From Anthoceros angustus (lineage: Eukaryota > Plantae > Anthocerotophyta), in assembly GCA_010909165.1 (NCBI GenBank), contig MU008183.1:744001-808000 (forward strand): DNA of 64,000 bases, given 5' to 3'. A program made the position numbers and the translations under genes. Shown here in pieces: positions 62,281 to 64,000 of this stretch. How positions within the stretch are numbered: the first letter of the stretch is position 1; each line of letters opens with the position of its first letter. The notes below the pieces were generated by a model that did no database searches, was not told the DNA's origin, and was given only the letters and a program-made list of their open reading frames with translations.

Positions 62281-64000
62281 CTCCCACTCACTATGAACTA
62301 GGTGTGAAGAAATAGCTTCAAAATAAGCCTAAAAAGGTTAGTTAGCTCCCACTAACTTGAAAGCTACCCGCTAACTAAGAAAACAATTAAAAACTGGCTT
62401 AAGTTACATTTAAGCAGAATTTAATGTAATCAAAATTAATTACCAAAAACTTAATTAGGAAAATGGTAAATTCCTAAACAAGGTAAAAAGATAAAAGTAA
62501 AACTTAAACTAGGTTAATCTTAGTAAAAACCATAGGTAAAAGTTAAAGGAAAACTTGAAAGAGGTAAAAATGAAAACCCATTAAATGGGTAACGGCCCGG
62601 GCCATATGATGCCCGTCCGTATGCCCATGTGGGGGGGTCATACCGTTAATGTACCCTCCCCCATACGGTTTTATTTCTGACGCTTCCCGCTCCATCGCGC
62701 TCCCCGCTCCTGTCGCCCTCCTCTCATTCTGAACCCAAAGAAAGCACCTTGCGGCCATGGCTCGAGACGGATTCGGTGCGGAAAGGGGCGCGCGCGTCCG
62801 TCGGAGGGACGTGCAACCACCGGCGGGCGCCCGGCCCGCCACACATGTACCATCGCCCTGCGGTCGCACGGCGCCGATGCTGCAGGAGGATGAACGCCGA
62901 CCTGCCTGCAGCGGGAAAAAGAAATTGGGAGGAGCGCCCCCGGGAGGGATCGCGCTCGAGCGAGCCCCCTCGGTGCCACAGTGATCCTCACCGCATCTGG
63001 ATTCCAACTTTTGTTGAGAGCCCACCACGATTTCGTGGTGGTAGGAAGTGGTCTGGCACTCGTGTCAATGTCGAAGTCACCTTTGGAGAGGTGGAGGTCG
63101 TCCCTGCAGGTGCTGGAGGTCGCCAATTGATGTGTGAGTGCTGCCGGATGCGGAAATACCTCACTCAGGCCGGGAAATTGGAGAAAGATGTTGCCCCCAT
63201 GTCTTGTCTCAATTTGCTGAAGGTGCCTGCTGCCAATCCCAAGCCGCCTGCTCGTACTGCAGCATCTTGCAGTTGTGTGCAGATGAGGGATCGTCGAGGA
63301 AGATTCCAGAAGGTTCTTGTGGAGAAGAAACCGCCTGAGATTGTTCTCTCATCTGATTCAACTGCCTTGGAAGAGTCTTCATGGAAGGGCTTCCCTGCTT
63401 CTGCTGATGAAGACGAGGCTGTAACCTCAAGTAAGACACCCCCTGGTTGTGTGTAGCAAGGTATTCCCCCCCTGTCGTGAAGGGGAGGTACCTTGGAGCA
63501 GGATGTAGGATGCCTCCCCTTCTTTCGTGAGGGAGAGGCACCGAGTTGTAAGCCCGTTTGTGGGCATGTTTAAGTGACCATTTTCCAGTTCCAAAAATAT
63601 AAATTGTAATGAATTTTCTGATACTATTTTCGCAGATTTATGTATGGAAAATTGTGGGAAAAAGGAAAATGAAGTGGAAAATGAAGAAAATGAGAAAAAT
63701 GAAAAAGGTAGACATGCCTTTTGTGATTCTAAAAAGGTGTTCTAACTTATTTTTCTCTTGCTAAAAACTTGCCCATTTTTAGATTTCTTTTCTGGCCCCG
63801 AAGGAAGACATAGGATAGGAAACATAGGGTTCTGGAAGCCCGGCATATATCCCAAGGGTGATGATGTGAAGCTCATCTATATAATCACTAATATGAAAGG
63901 GGAGAGCGGGCCAGACGTACCACCATGCTCCTATGTTTGCCAGGAAACTAAGATACACATATGGGTTATGTATGTTGTCTATGAAGAATTTCCCGGAGTT

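Noticed and set aside
62749-63456. 235-aa GC-rich ORF, and a possible Gypsy LTR start (TGTAAGCCC at 63547)
   Set aside because: No recognisable domain, and it lies in TE-like DNA cut by the window edge, so it cannot be supported as a gene or a defined element.

Overview
Intron-rich plant nuclear DNA, not prokaryotic. Short (about 70-190 nt) GT-AG introns, tight gene packing, a long PLS-class PPR ending in a PGQSWW box and a Hog/Hint gene point to a seed-free land plant, hornwort-like by inference. Genes I could reconstruct by hand: a U-box-like protein with a triplicated beta-rich module (runs off the left edge); a very large POK-type kinesin-12 with a 6,066-bp exon; a 1,275-aa PLS-E+ PPR; a cryptic five-exon Ycf54-like gene not visible in the ORF track; a single-dsRBD protein; a secreted hevein(CBM18)-Hint/Hog fusion; an LRR-RLK with two 1-bp frameshifts; F-actin capping protein alpha; exocyst SEC5; and mitochondrial ribosomal protein uL30m. 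Between them lie AT-rich or repeat blocks with Ty1/copia elements, a 31-bp minisatellite, a fold-back element, a PPR pseudogene and two related decayed MAPK-like relics. Best candidate for an undescribed system: the hevein-Hint gene (34745-35784), which looks like a Hedgehog-type self-cleaving precursor that would release a roughly 6-kDa chitin-binding-type peptide, possibly lipid-modified. No database searches were run. Family assignments come from motif recognition, and exon boundaries are manual predictions.
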